A DNA stretch of 64,000 nucleotides from Cyanophora paradoxa CCMP329 (GCA_004431415.1 QPMI01000127.1:186001-250000); one strand, 5' to 3'; positions 39,701 through 49,666 are shown, counted from the first letter of the stretch. Notes: generated from the sequence alone by a model not told the origin. Made by a program: numbers and translations.

Positions 39701-42700
39701 GAGTTTCACGGCGTCGAGGTTGGGGATGCGCGCCGCCCCCAGGGTGCCGGTGGCGACCTTGGTGGCGTCGAGGTCGGGGATGCGCCCGGCGTCCAGCGTG
39801 CCGGATGTGACTTTGGAAGCTGGGAGGGCGGGAATGAGACCGACCGCGACCTCGCCCACGAGCATAGTCGAGCTGAGATCGGACGTCGTGGTCAGGATGG
39901 CCGAGGGCGCCGCACCCGGCTGGAGGGTCACCACGCCGTCGGCTGCCGGCGCTTTGAACTGGAAAGCCGCCGAGTCCGCGTTTGTTTGGATGTAGCCGGC
40001 GGAGTCTGAGAGGCCGTGTCGAATGAAGACACCGGCGTTGCTGCTCGCGACACTGGACCCGTCCTTTGGCTTGTTGAGCTGAATGCTTCTCCCCGCAACA
40101 CTCGCGCTCGCCAGCTCGACGGTGTCGCTGCCGCCTCCAATCACAATGGTGGTGGCCCCGGCCCCTGTGCCCAACTCGACCCTCTGCACGCCCGACGCAG
40201 TACCGATCTTTACAAGTGTAGCATTGGACCCCCCCACCTCCAGGGTGCGCGTGGCGGCCGACCCCGTGGTGTCCAGGCTCACCGTGGCCGTGCCGAGGGC
40301 GAACCCGGGTCCGGAAAGCGCCCCTCCCATTGCTTGCGCGCCGAGGGGGCGCAGGAAGGCAAACCTGGCATCGTCAAGGAGCTCCACTCGCGCCACCCGG
40401 AGCGTGCGCGCGCTCGTGAACGTCAGCGTGTATGTGGGGTACGGGTCCGTGCGGGCCGGGAGGTGGAGGACGCGGCGCGCCCCGGGCCCCCAGGTCAGGT
40501 TGGACCACGACTGCAGGGTGACGTACGCGGGGGTCCCCGCCCCACCCGCATTTGCGACGAGTGTCGCCCCGGTCGGGCGCGCCACGCCAAGAAGCGTGAC
40601 GGCGACCGCGCTCAGGGGGCGCGGTATGTCGAAGGTGTACGTAAGGGAGGGCGTCGTGGGGGCCGCCACCTCATAATATGTGCTGGGGTCGCTGTCGAAC
40701 GCTCGCCAACCCGTGATGCTTGCGTTGCCCGAGGCGAGGAACGGCGCCGGAGTGGAGGCGCCCGTCATGGGGACCACCATGTCGACGAGGGAGGTGGCAG
40801 CTGCGCACCGAAGGGCGTCCAGGGAGCCGGAGCCCAGGGAGACATCGCGGTTGTAGAGGCCTGCGGGTCCCAGCGCCTCCTGGGCCACGTCCAGGATCTC
40901 GACGCGCTCGATGCGCGGCGGGGCACCGTCCGTCGTCGACGTGACCCAGACCCGGAAGGCCTGCCGCGGGGGCGAGCGGGCGGCAAGGTGGAAGACGCGC
41001 CTGCGGGAGGAACCCCAGGGGGAGCATGCGAAGGTCTCGAGCGCGACAAAGGAAAGATCCGTCATGGTGGCACTGTCCGCAACGGGCGCGGCGTCCAGCT
41101 GGACAGCGAGCGGGCGCGTTTCAGAGGTGCCGCTGCAGGTGACGGCGATCGCCGTGACACGGCGAGGCACGTCGAACGCGTACTCAAGCGTGGCGAACGG
41201 GGCGGACGTGTCCATGACGTAGTAAGTGGAGGGGTCGCCATCGAAGGCGCGCCACCCCTCGTGGCCCGAGGCGCCCGAATTGTTTGGGGCGAGAAACGGG
41301 GCAGGGGCGGCCGCGCCCGTCATGGGGGCCACCATGTCCACAAGGAGCACCGAGGACGCGCTCGGACCCGAGGAGAGGGTGCCGGTCCCAAGGTCGACAT
41401 CGCCCAGCGAGCGGGGGACGGTATCCGCCAGCTCGCCGAGGAGCTCGACCCGCGCAACCTCGATGGCCCCGCTGTACCCCGTTATGTCCACTGCAAAGCG
41501 GCTGGAGGTGAGCGCCGGCGATACGAGAAACACGCGCCGAGGAGTGGGCCCCCACTCGGCCGTCTGAAAGGACCGGGTCTCGGTGGGCGCACTCCCCGGG
41601 GGTTTGGTCGAGACGGCCACCACACACCCTGCCGCCTTTACCGTCGCAGAAGCCAGTCGGATTGCGACGGCGGAGACGCGCCGCGGCCCGTCGAAGGCGT
41701 ACTCCACCGAGAAGGGGGCGGGGGCCGTCGCCGAGGCGAAGGAACCTGGTGCACCGTCGAAGGCGTTCCGGGCACCCATCGCGGTGCCGGACGCTCCGGC
41801 AGGCGACACAACCTGGTCGACAAGGAGGGACTCCACGGCGACACAGGGGTGGGTGAGGGGCTCGGCGCGGCGCGGGAAGACCGCACCGGCCTCGTCGAGC
41901 AGCTCCAGGCAGGATACGCGGAGCTCGCCTGAGAACCCGGACAGGGTTACACGGAACGAGGTGCTCGGTGGGGTGCGCTCGGGGAGCATGAAGACGCGGC
42001 GCGCTGGGGCGCCCCAACCCGTGAAAGCGAGCGGGACGAACTGGGAGGCGACCGGGTCCTGGTACTCAATCACCGTGCTGCTCGGCCTGGAGGCGCCAGC
42101 GACCGTGACGGCAACCGCCGTCAGGCGCACCGAACCCCAGGCAAGCGTGGACAGTGAGATCGTCCAAGCGTCCGGCGCCGTCGCGACCGAGAACGTCTCC
42201 GCGTTCCCGTCCATGGTGCGCCACGCGTCGGCGGAGCCGGAGACGGAGCTCAGGGGCGCTGTAGGCTCAGAGGAGCTCAGGATCGGTGCAAGGTTGACCA
42301 GGGTGGCCTGGGGTGCACATGCCCGTGCCGCGACCGAGCCCATCCCCATGTCCAGGGCATGGTCGATGAAATCGGGGAACTCGATTCCTGCTTGCACGTT
42401 TGTGAGGCTGGAGCCGTCGCCCGCGAAGAACCCGGCCTGTACGCGCCCCGACACGGTGAGCGAGTCCACGAAGGGGCTGGTTCCTGCGAGGGCACCCGCG
42501 ACCGCCTGGGGTTCAAGCACGCCCGTCAGGGCGGACCCGTCCCCCGCAAACGAGCCGGCCTGAACGTGCCCGGAGGCATCCAGCGAGGCCACGCGCATGT
42601 CCGCACCCTCCAGTGATGGCAGCAGGTTGTCGTAGTGTGCCGCCTCCACTGCCCCCGATGCAACCACCGAGGCCACGTGAATGGCGCGGTTGTCGAGCGC

Positions 42701-42814
42701 GTCCTCTATGTTTCGGAGGTTGCTCCCATCACCCTCGATCACTCGTGAGCTGATGAGCCGTGCACGCACGATGGCAGCCGAACCTCCGCGCCTAGTTCCC
42801 GTCGCGCCTGTCAT
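36776..42814 (-). CDS. Giant fibre protein: discoidin-like repeats, LDAAKITTGT repeats, C-terminal S74 intramolecular chaperone
   Basis: WRAFDGDPSTY-type repeats; many LDAAK(V/I)xTGTL..RIP units; SDARLKRDV...GLIAQEV...YGNLAGLLVEAVKEL. Confidence 0.85.
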   Translation of the reverse strand: MTGATGTRRGGSAAIVRARLISSRVIEGDGSNLRNIEDALDNRAIHVASVVASGAVEAAHYDNLLPSLEGADMRVASLDASGHVQAGSFAGDGSALTGVLEPQAVAGALAGTSPFVDSLTVSGRVQAGFFAGDGSSLTNVQAGIEFPDFIDHALDMGMGSVAARACAPQATLVNLAPILSSSEPTAPLSSVSGSADAWRTMDGNAETFSVATAPDAWTISLSTLAWGSVRLTAVAVTVAGASRPSSTVIEYQDPVASQFVPLAFTGWGAPARRVFMLPERTPPSTSFRVTLSGFSGELRVSCLELLDEAGAVFPRRAEPLTHPCVAVESLLVDQVVSPAGASGTAMGARNAFDGAPGSFASATAPAPFSVEYAFDGPRRVSAVAIRLASATVKAAGCVVAVSTKPPGSAPTETRSFQTAEWGPTPRRVFLVSPALTSSRFAVDITGYSGAIEVARVELLGELADTVPRSLGDVDLGTGTLSSGPSASSVLLVDMVAPMTGAAAPAPFLAPNNSGASGHEGWRAFDGDPSTYYVMDTSAPFATLEYAFDVPRRVTAIAVTCSGTSETRPLAVQLDAAPVADSATMTDLSFVALETFACSPWGSSRRRVFHLAARSPPRQAFRVWVTSTTDGAPPRIERVEILDVAQEALGPAGLYNRDVSLGSGSLDALRCAAATSLVDMVVPMTGASTPAPFLASGNASITGWRAFDSDPSTYYEVAAPTTPSLTYTFDIPRPLSAVAVTLLGVARPTGATLVANAGGAGTPAYVTLQSWSNLTWGPGARRVLHLPARTDPYPTYTLTFTSARTLRVARVELLDDARFAFLRPLGAQAMGGALSGPGFALGTATVSLDTTGSAATRTLEVGGSNATLVKIGTASGVQRVELGTGAGATTIVIGGGSDTVELASASVAGRSIQLNKPKDGSSVASSNAGVFIRHGLSDSAGYIQTNADSAAFQFKAPAADGVVTLQPGAAPSAILTTTSDLSSTMLVGEVAVGLIPALPASKVTSGTLDAGRIPDLDATKVATGTLGAARIPNLDAVKLTTGTLDVLRIPDLDAAKVATGTLALARIPTLDAARVPALDAAKITTGTFDALRIPSLDAAKVATGTLDVLRIPDLDAAKVATGTLALARIPTLDAARVPALDAAKITTGIFDTLRIPSLDAAKVATGTLALARIPTLDAARVPDLDAAKMTTGIFGSARIPDLDAAKIATGTLALARIPTLDAVRVPNLDAAKITTGTFAAERIPAAFTSTGAVGVGTLAVSSALESDSKQTGSVTLAGGLGVAKSVNVGVALAGPGFAMGTGAVSVDTTGTAATRTLELGTANATLVKIGTATSTQQVDIGTGSGVTTINIGGNSDIVNIVGTLSVGVTQTVTSTNVEVTDKSIQLNKPADGSSVASSNAGVFIRHGLLDSAGYIQTNVGSTAFQFKAPTTDGIATLEPGAVPSTILTTTSLLSSSLLSGEIGVGLIPVLPASKITSGTLDAARIPDLDAAKVATGTLGALRIPDLDAAKIATGTLALARIPTLDAGRVPALDAAKITTGIFDALRIPSLDAVKLTAGTLDVLRIPDLDAAKVATGTLALARIPTLDAARVPALDAAKITTGTFDALRIPGLDAAKVATGTLDVLRIPDLDAAKVATGTLALARIPTLDAARVPALDAAKITTGTFDALRIPSLDAAKVATGTLDVLRIPDLDAAKLVSGTLDALRVPNLDAAKVGTGILDPLRIPDLDAAKVATGILDPLRIPDLDAAKVATGTLALARIPTLDAVRVPDLDAAKITTGTLDALRVPSLDATKITTGTLDALRIPDLDAAKVATGTLALARIPTLDAARVPALDAAKITTGTLDAARMPASFSVSGTITTTNTTQGSTAPAGGLVCRGGAYIAKNLYVGGASGETESVNYGNIVAQNDITAFSDARLKRDVRIIRGALQKVRAIRGVTFARVDPHGTEADGAASRGTGLIAQEVRAVLPEAVREQEGGYLSLAYGNLAGLLVEAVKELASRVEELEARIAKG
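37270..39830 (-). repeat. Two blocks of coding tandem repeats (54- and 78-bp units) in the fibre gene
   Basis: Blocks at about 37270-38420 and 39085-39830, each preceded by a duplicated GFAxGT...SNAGVFIRHGL...FQFKAP domain. Confidence 0.85.
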
Positions 42815-43043
42815 CCCACGTATACCCAGACAGAAGCACAATTTTACGAAGAGCTTGCACTTTGCAAGAATTCACTTTTGTCCCACCTACCTCACAAACG
42901 CAACGACACCCTGGTTGTTGTTCTTGAATGTATAAGTCCGGCCAGCAGAGAGCGACATCCTTTAACAGACCCCGTGAATTTCTAGCGACCATCGCAATTT
43001 CGGTTCATGTATTTGTTCATGTGGCCCTAAGCTACCTAGCTGC

Positions 43044-43532
43044 CTACCCACGCGAGTCCATGTCAAAAGTGATGGTCCTGTCGTCCACTGTGAACTTGTA
43101 GCCACACTGCTGGCGGAGCTGGTCGCGCCGCCAGGAGCCGTCCTCTCGCTTCCGCATGACCCAGATTCCGTGCTCGTGGCCGCGGTAGAAGGTGTACGCG
43201 ATCGAGCGCCCCGAGGGTGAGATCGCCGCCGTGAACTCGAAGACGACCCCAAGCTCTGGCGAGGATTCGGGCACCTTGACGGCGTCCGACGACAGCGTGC
43301 CCGCGAAGGAAACGACGCGGCCGACCCGGGCTGCCGGGTCGTAGGCGGCGCAGTTGAAGAAGGTGCCGTCGTCGGAGACCCTGGCGAAGAGGAGCTCGCC
43401 GGAGCACTCCTCGCACCCGACGACCCGACCGCCGCTCCGAACCTCGACGTAGCGGCCGCCGGCCCCTTCCTCGACGACGCGGAGCTCGTGCTCGCCGACG
43501 CGGAACTCCATTGGAGAATGGGGGGCCGTCAC
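43044..43532 (-). CDS. Beta-propeller (TolB/PD40-like) fragment protein
   Basis: AAISPSGRSIAYTF...GIWVM. Confidence 0.55.
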   Translation of the reverse strand: MTAPHSPMEFRVGEHELRVVEEGAGGRYVEVRSGGRVVGCEECSGELLFARVSDDGTFFNCAAYDPAARVGRVVSFAGTLSSDAVKVPESSPELGVVFEFTAAISPSGRSIAYTFYRGHEHGIWVMRKREDGSWRRDQLRQQCGYKFTVDDRTITFDMDSRG

Positions 43533-43560
43533 CGCCGCCGCGTAGTCGTACCGGCGACCG

Positions 43561-43594
43561 GAATCACCCCCACCCCCGGGGGTGGGGGTGATTC
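43561..43594. promoter_or_regulatory. 34-bp dyad that is a perfect palindrome, between divergent genes
   Basis: GAATCACCCCCACCCCCGGGGGTGGGGGTGATTC. Confidence 0.85.
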
Positions 43595-43681
43595 ACCAGG
43601 TGCCGACAAGGTCCCGCGCGCCGCGCGGGTCGCCATACCATGTCTTCGTTTCTCTGCTGCTTGCCTACCTCGAAATCGACA

Positions 43682-43987
43682 ATGGCGGTCTCCAGGCAGC
43701 GCGCCGTGGAGGCCCTGGAGTCGGCGATCGTGGCGCCCACGGGACTCGTTCGGGAGGCGGCCCCCCCCTCCGACCTGGTCGCCGCCATCGACCGGTCCCT
43801 GACTGCATCTCGGACTCATCTCGCCCTCTGCGTCGACCGGATTCCTGCATCGGACCGGGCCTACCAGGCCGTCTGGGCCGCGCTGGACGCCGCCGTCGGA
43901 CTGGAGGCCACGGTCGCGGCGCTATCTCTTGCGGCATCGAGCGCCCCCCCCGCCCCCCCGCCCCCTTCGCCGAGGGAAGAAGCGTAG
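43682..43987 (+). CDS. Small helical hypothetical protein
   Basis: ATG-initiated ORF (alternative start 43640). Confidence 0.55.
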   Translation: MAVSRQRAVEALESAIVAPTGLVREAAPPSDLVAAIDRSLTASRTHLALCVDRIPASDRAYQAVWAALDAAVGLEATVAALSLAASSAPPAPPPPSPREEA

Positions 43988-44042
43988 TCGTGTTGCGTTG
44001 GACGGCGTTTCCACAAATTTCAGAGCCCATTGGTAGCCCCCG

Positions 44043-45110
44043 ATGCCCCCGAGAGCCGCGCCAAAGCCCGAGACGCTCCCCGTCCGCGATCGCCCGCCCA
44101 TGGACAGGGACGAGGCCGCGCAGACGGTGCGGGACCTGTTGCATTACCTGCGCACCGCGGGGCCCGAGGGGATTCCCGAGGAGGCCTTCAACGACGAGCT
44201 CATGCCGCGCGCCGGTCGGGGGGTCTCGGGCGCGGGGGGGCTCATGGGCGAGCTGCAGCGCGCCTTTGCCAGCAAAAAGGGGAGGAACGTGAACGAGTTC
44301 CAGGCCTACGTCAGCTACCGGTGCTCTAAGCTGACAAAGACGGAGCACAAGGAGATCTTCCGCAACCCCCGCGAGTTCCCGAAGGGGACCTCCCCCTTCG
44401 GGGTCTTCATGAAGCAGGTGACGGCGGATTACAATGCCCTCAAGGAGGGCGATGAGGGACGCGAGACGCTGCGGAACATCTGGGAGGCCCACCAGCGCAC
44501 CAAGAGCCGCGCGCCCAACCTCCCCGACCTCCGGCTCGACGAGCGCCGCGTCACGGATCCGAGCCCCTACGATCGTGACGTTGTCGGGAGCAGGCGCAGC
44601 CCCGGGAGCCGGTACGATCCCCGCGACCGCCCGCTCACGGAGAAGGAGTACTACCGCTACGAGTACGACGACGACTACGAGCACGGCCGTATCCGCCGTT
44701 TCGACGAGGACGCCAGCCGATCGCGCCGCGACTGGGAGACCAAGTTCGGCAGCCGCGACGACCGCGACGCGTGGCTCGGCGAGCGCACCCCGGCTTCCCG
44801 TCGCTACCGCGAGGACGATGCGCGCCACCGCCTCGACCTTGGCCCCGGCATCGCCGGGCCGGGCCGCCCGCTCTCGGAGTCCCGCGACCGCCAGAGGGAC
44901 GACGACGACCCGAGGTACGAGGACTACATGCGCGACCGGCGCGACGACGAGTTCGGAGCGCGCACCGTACGGCGCGCGGCCCCGCGGCGGGGCGGACGCA
45001 CCGCGCGGGATCGCGAGCCCGCCGAGCCGCCCGAGCCCATCCCCCCTCCCCCCGTCAGCTCGGCGCCATCGCGGCGCGGGGGGCGCGGCAGGGCTGCAGA
45101 CACCCGGTGA
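44043..45110 (+). CDS. Hypothetical protein with R/D-rich low-complexity C-terminus
   Basis: Long ORF with high GC3. Confidence 0.75.
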   Translation: MPPRAAPKPETLPVRDRPPMDRDEAAQTVRDLLHYLRTAGPEGIPEEAFNDELMPRAGRGVSGAGGLMGELQRAFASKKGRNVNEFQAYVSYRCSKLTKTEHKEIFRNPREFPKGTSPFGVFMKQVTADYNALKEGDEGRETLRNIWEAHQRTKSRAPNLPDLRLDERRVTDPSPYDRDVVGSRRSPGSRYDPRDRPLTEKEYYRYEYDDDYEHGRIRRFDEDASRSRRDWETKFGSRDDRDAWLGERTPASRRYREDDARHRLDLGPGIAGPGRPLSESRDRQRDDDDPRYEDYMRDRRDDEFGARTVRRAAPRRGGRTARDREPAEPPEPIPPPPVSSAPSRRGGRGRAADTR

Positions 45111-45131
45111 ATTCCGACAAAACGCAACTAT

Positions 45132-46523
45132 CTAGTCCCACCCGGGCACCGCTTCGTCGTCGTCCGCGCCGGGGTAGACCACCGCGAAACCGGGGTGCGA
45201 CGAGGTCTCCTTCGGCGGGGCGGGCACCTTGGCGGGGGCCTTGGGGCGCGCCCCGCGCCCCTTCTGCTGCGGTACCGGTGCCGGGGGCGCAGCACCCACT
45301 GCCGGCGCCTTGGTCACCCGCACCCGGCGGGAGCCCCCGCCGTACATGGAGGACGCGTCGGTCTCCGCCTCGCTCGGGGGCGGCGCGATAGACGCGGCGT
45401 CCTCGAAATCCTCGGCGGCGGGGGCGCTGGGTGCCTCGTCGGCGGGTGCCTCCTCCTCGGGCTCCGGGCGGTCTTCTGTGCGCTCTTCCTCGGCGTGCGC
45501 CTTCTCCTCCTCGCGGGACTCCCGCTTCTCGGCGTCGCTCCCAGCGCTGTCGTCGCTGCCGCGCCCGCGGTCCGACCTGCGACGGGAGCCGCGGGAGGAG
45601 CGGCGGCGCGCCGGGCGCGCGCGCGAGCTCCTGCCGTCGTCGTCGGAATCGCTCCCGTCGCGCGGTGTCGGGGGCGGGAAGGGGGGCATCATGCCCGGTG
45701 GGAAGGGGTAGCGGGCCCCCGGGTAGCCCGGCGGTAGCCCGTAGGGCGGGAAGCCGTAGAAGCGCGGCGGCGGCATCCCCGCGGGCATCCCGGGCACCCC
45801 CTGCGCCCCGGGCATGCCAAGCGGCACCTGGGGCGCCGGAAGACCGGTGCCCGCGGCAGCGGGATCCCCCGGCGGCATGGAGGCGGCGCCCGCCGCCTCC
45901 TTGTCCCCGTGGCGGTCCTCGCCGTCGCTGTCGGCGGCCGAGGATGCGCCGTCGTCTTCGCGCTCGGCGGCGGCGGCGAGGCAGGTGTCGAGGATGCTCA
46001 CCATGGGGAGCATGTGCACGAGAGTGACCTCGACGGCCTTGGCGATGATCTTCATGACCTGGTCGCGGGCCGACGGGATCGCGTGCGTTGCCGGGGACTC
46101 CACCTCGCACAGCAGGGAGTAGTAGTCCGCCAGCGAGACGGCGGAGTTCATGATCACGGAGCGCGTGAAGGCCTCGAGAGGGGGCACGGCGAGATCCAGC
46201 CCCTTGGTGCGGCCGTTCTGCAGCGAGAGCATGACCTTGGCGTTGGCGAGGAAAATGCCCTTCACGATCTTCATGAGGTCCGGGCAGGCGGACAGGAGCC
46301 GCTTGCCCACGGCGCCGATCTCCTCATTCCAGTTCCGCGTCCCCCGGCAGAGGTTGCGGAAGGCCTCCGAGCGCTGGGCGCGGTGCTGGCCCGCGGCGCG
46401 CGCGTCGTCCTTCAGGTCCAGGAAGACGCCGAGGATCACGGGCGCCGTCGAGGTCACAAGAAGCTCGGTGAGGTTGCGCTGGGCGTAGCCCGGCGACTCC
46501 GCGTAGCGGCTCCCGGCCACCAT
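45132..46523 (-). CDS. Conserved NCLDV protein (DUF5764-like)
   Basis: EAFRNLCRGTRNWN...IFLANAKVMLSL...LAVPPLEAF...MLPMVSILDTCL matches the family pattern as I recall it. Confidence 0.65.
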   Translation of the reverse strand: MVAGSRYAESPGYAQRNLTELLVTSTAPVILGVFLDLKDDARAAGQHRAQRSEAFRNLCRGTRNWNEEIGAVGKRLLSACPDLMKIVKGIFLANAKVMLSLQNGRTKGLDLAVPPLEAFTRSVIMNSAVSLADYYSLLCEVESPATHAIPSARDQVMKIIAKAVEVTLVHMLPMVSILDTCLAAAAEREDDGASSAADSDGEDRHGDKEAAGAASMPPGDPAAAGTGLPAPQVPLGMPGAQGVPGMPAGMPPPRFYGFPPYGLPPGYPGARYPFPPGMMPPFPPPTPRDGSDSDDDGRSSRARPARRRSSRGSRRRSDRGRGSDDSAGSDAEKRESREEEKAHAEEERTEDRPEPEEEAPADEAPSAPAAEDFEDAASIAPPPSEAETDASSMYGGGSRRVRVTKAPAVGAAPPAPVPQQKGRGARPKAPAKVPAPPKETSSHPGFAVVYPGADDDEAVPGWD

Positions 46524-46590
46524 CCCCTGTATCCCCCTCGTGTCTACCCAATCGCCGAGAGAAAAATGGGACACCTTGGACCGCGGGCGC

Positions 46591-46914
46591 CTACCGCGTC
46601 AGGTAGTACGCCCCGAACCCCGCGAGCGCCGCCGCACCCACGGCCGCCGTGACGGGGTCCGTCTGCGGCGGCGGGTCCGTGGGCTTCGCGGGCTTGAGGT
46701 AGTAGTACGTGCCCGCGCCGGCCAGGGCGGCGACGACGAGGGCGAACCCGTACCCCTGCAGATTTTGCGGCAGGTAGCGGTTCATGCTGTCGTTGACGGA
46801 ATCGGCCGCGCCCTGGATGACCGGCGTGGCGCCGGCAGAGTGGCCCGAGAAGAACTTGTCGACCCCCGACGGCCCGTAGTAGGAGGCGGCGTAAAAGCGA
46901 CCGACGTCGTCCAT
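46591..46914 (-). CDS. Small membrane protein
   Basis: Two hydrophobic segments ending in YYYL/YYL. Confidence 0.65.
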   Translation of the reverse strand: MDDVGRFYAASYYGPSGVDKFFSGHSAGATPVIQGAADSVNDSMNRYLPQNLQGYGFALVVAALAGAGTYYYLKPAKPTDPPPQTDPVTAAVGAAALAGFGAYYLTR

Positions 46915-47031
46915 GTTCAAGCCCTCTCGCTCTCGTTACAACACACACGCATGAAAATATTCGCGGGGAGGGAGGGGGCGGGGGCGCTCGCGTCGCCACC
47001 CCGACGTCGGGTTCGACCAACCCGATGCGCG

Positions 47032-47065
47032 GAACCACCCCCGCCCCCGGAAGGTGGGGTGGTTC
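47032..47065. promoter_or_regulatory. 34-bp dyad with perfect arms
   Basis: GAACCACCCC-N14-GGGGTGGTTC. Confidence 0.8.
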
Positions 47066-47103
47066 CTGGCAACTCGCCCCCAGACGTTTCCCCAGCCGGC
47101 TTC

Positions 47104-47538
47104 TCATTCCCGGTTCGAGAAGAATACCTTGTAGGCGACGAGAGCGAGGACCACCCCACCGACCGCGTACACCACCTGACGTCGCGAGTTCTCCGCGGCC
47201 CCCGACGAGGCAAGCGCGGGTGCGCTGGCTGCCGTGGCCGCGGCGACGACCTCCGGGGCAACGGCGATGGCCTGCGCCGCCGCCTGCGCCGCCGCGGTCG
47301 AAGTGACGGGCTCGCTGACCACCACGGGGGCGGTCATGGGCGCAGGCGTCGGAGTCGCCGCAGCGATCCCAGCGCCGCTGTACGCCGAGGCGAAGTCCGT
47401 TCCGTCGTACGTGTCCGCCATGAAAGCCCGCGACGCGCCGCGCGCGCCGTAGGAGTCGCCGGCCGGGGCCGTTCTGCTCTTACCCCACCCCTTCGTCAGG
47501 CGCGAGATCGTGGACTGTCCGCCAGGGTTCGACTGCAT
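47104..47538 (-). CDS. Ala-rich tail-anchored membrane protein
   Basis: C-terminal VVYAVGGVVLALVAYKVFF. Confidence 0.65.
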   Translation of the reverse strand: MQSNPGGQSTISRLTKGWGKSRTAPAGDSYGARGASRAFMADTYDGTDFASAYSGAGIAAATPTPAPMTAPVVVSEPVTSTAAAQAAAQAIAVAPEVVAAATAASAPALASSGAAENSRRQVVYAVGGVVLALVAYKVFFSNRE

Positions 47539-47609
47539 GGTTCCCCCCTCCCTGTCTTTCTTGATATGACTGGCGATATATTTTTCGGGGCAGATACCAA
47601 GAGAGGAGA

Positions 47610-48379
47610 ATGCAACCGAACGCCGACACCATTGACCTGACCGCCACGGCGAGCCCGCCCGCGACCGGGCCGCCCCCGCCTTGCGCGGCGCCCCCCGCCG
47701 CCCGAGCCCCAAGCGCACCCTCGATGCCGCCTTCGGTGCCGCGTCGGCGGCCGCCGTCGCCAACCCGGTCGCGGCGGTTCTCGCCGCCCCCACCGGGGCG
47801 ACGACCGCCGCCGATCTCGACGATTCCGACGACGACAAGAACAGCAATGCCTTCGACATCGAAGACGAGGACGATGACGACCCCCTCCTCTGCGAGCTGG
47901 ACGACGAGATCGCTGAGGACAGCGCCCCCGTCGCCGGACCTGACGAGGCCGAGGAGTCGGAGACCGAGGGGGAGCCGGTGGAGGAGGCGCCGCGCCTGCT
48001 GAGCTGCGTCACCCGCTCGGGCCGGCAGGTGTTCGCCCCGCGCCGCTACTCTCCAAAGGACATCCCGCTCGACGACCACGACGACAGTGAGGAGGAGGAG
48101 GAGGACTTCGAAGCCGTGGATGTGGAGGAGGGTTCCGAGGGGGGCTCGGCGAGCGACGAGGAGGAGGACGAGGAGGACGAGGAAAGCAACGACTCCTTTG
48201 TCGTCGATGACGACGAGGAGGGCGATGGGGACGAGGACTACGTCGAGTCCGAGGACGCCGAGTCGACGGATGCCGAGGAGGAGGACGAGGAGGCCGACGA
48301 TGCCGAGGAGGCCGACGATGCCGAGGAGGAACCGGAGCCGGAGATCGTCCCCGAGACCCCCGAGGGGGCCGAGAAGTAG
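47610..48379 (+). CDS. Highly acidic protein; 1-nt frameshift in the C run near 47691
   Basis: One extra C joins ATG 47610 to the D/E-rich frame containing TRSGRQV. Confidence 0.65.
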
Positions 48380-48380
48380 A

Positions 48381-49346
48381 TCACCAGGCGCCCTCGTAGG
48401 GGGCCGCATTGTAGAGCCTGCTGTTGTAGCTCTTTTCGGCAGTGAAATGCAACTCCGCGGAAGGGGTCGCCCCTGCGGTATAACCAAATGTCGCCTCCAC
48501 GCGGGGGCGGACTTCGAGGATGGGGTTGGGTCGCAGCGGGCGCGTCAGCTCGGGGGGGCCCGGCGTCCAGCCGGTCGAAGCGGTTTCGGGGTCGTTTCGG
48601 GGGAGCGCCTCCCACGCGACGGCGGCGTACTTGGTGCGGTCCGGCAGGAGGCCGCCGGTCCGAACGTTCTCGCCCTGGTAGGGGAGCGAGTCGGGTATGT
48701 AGAGGTTGCGGGCCAGGAGGTCGGTCTCGTCGTAATCGTCGGCGTACGGATCCTCGAGGGCGCGCTCCGCGAAGAGCCCCCCCACCGTCGGTGCCGTCGG
48801 CGGCGGCACGATCCTCGGCGCGACCACGCGTCTTCCTGAGCGAGGCATGGCGGTGAGCTCACCGTACCCCTCGGCGCGGTGGTGCGGCAGGGTGTCCGGG
48901 GGGTTGTCGTGGATGACGCCCGGGGCGCCGCCCCACTTGCGGGCGGGCGCGAACGGAATCTCCGTCAGGTCGCGCGCGGCGCCGGGGCCCGGGTCCGGCA
49001 GGGTCCCCGGCGCCCCGCGCGAGACCATGATGTGGGAGGCGGGCAGCTCGCGGAGGCGGAGGCCCGGCACCACACCGTCGTCGGAGCGGGACGGGAGCCC
49101 CCGCGCCAGGTTCGGCCCCAGCGGGCCCATCGCGTTGGCCTCGGCCGCGGCCAGAGTCTCCAGAGCCGGCTGTCGCACGTCCGAGGCGCGCCATCTCGCG
49201 GCGTGGCGGAGGTCGGGGAGGGGGTCGCGCGTCAGGACGACGACGCCCTGCTGCTCGATTCCGGGGGTGTGAAGGGTCGACCCCTGGGCCGCGAGCGCGG
49301 CGGGGGTCGCGCGGGGCAGGAGGAAAGGCGCACCCTGCACAGGCAT
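48381..49346 (-). CDS. Pro-rich hypothetical protein
   Basis: 321-aa ORF with ATG. Confidence 0.7.
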   Translation of the reverse strand: MPVQGAPFLLPRATPAALAAQGSTLHTPGIEQQGVVVLTRDPLPDLRHAARWRASDVRQPALETLAAAEANAMGPLGPNLARGLPSRSDDGVVPGLRLRELPASHIMVSRGAPGTLPDPGPGAARDLTEIPFAPARKWGGAPGVIHDNPPDTLPHHRAEGYGELTAMPRSGRRVVAPRIVPPPTAPTVGGLFAERALEDPYADDYDETDLLARNLYIPDSLPYQGENVRTGGLLPDRTKYAAVAWEALPRNDPETASTGWTPGPPELTRPLRPNPILEVRPRVEATFGYTAGATPSAELHFTAEKSYNSRLYNAAPYEGAW

Positions 49347-49378
49347 GTGGTTGCTATAGGAGGGGCGAGATCTTTAAA

Positions 49379-49666
49379 TCACCGGAAGATCTGGTCGCCT
49401 CGCTCCACCGCCCAGAAGGCGGTGGGTCGCGGGTAGGCGGTCGCGTACAGAGTGTCCGGAGGGGAATCTCGGAGCACGAACTCCGGCTTGACGCCGTCCT
49501 TCTTGAAGTAGGCGGGGGTCTCCGCCTCCCGCCGGAGCTGGTCCGACTTCTGGATGACGTGGAGGGGCAGGACGTCGGGCGGGGCCTGCCTGGGGGCGAT
49601 CTCGCCCACGGAGGTGATGATGGTGGGGATCGGCGGGAGCCCGCTGGCACGGTTCACGCTTGCCAT
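49379..49666 (-). CDS. Small hypothetical protein
   Basis: ATG 49666; divergent from 49743 across an A-tract. Confidence 0.6.
   Translation of the reverse strand: MASVNRASGLPPIPTIITSVGEIAPRQAPPDVLPLHVIQKSDQLRREAETPAYFKKDGVKPEFVLRDSPPDTLYATAYPRPTAFWAVERGDQIFR

Noticed and set aside
37164-42563. Long plus-strand ORFs (943, 638 and 326 aa)
   Set aside because: They are antisense shadows of the repetitive, GC-rich fibre gene.
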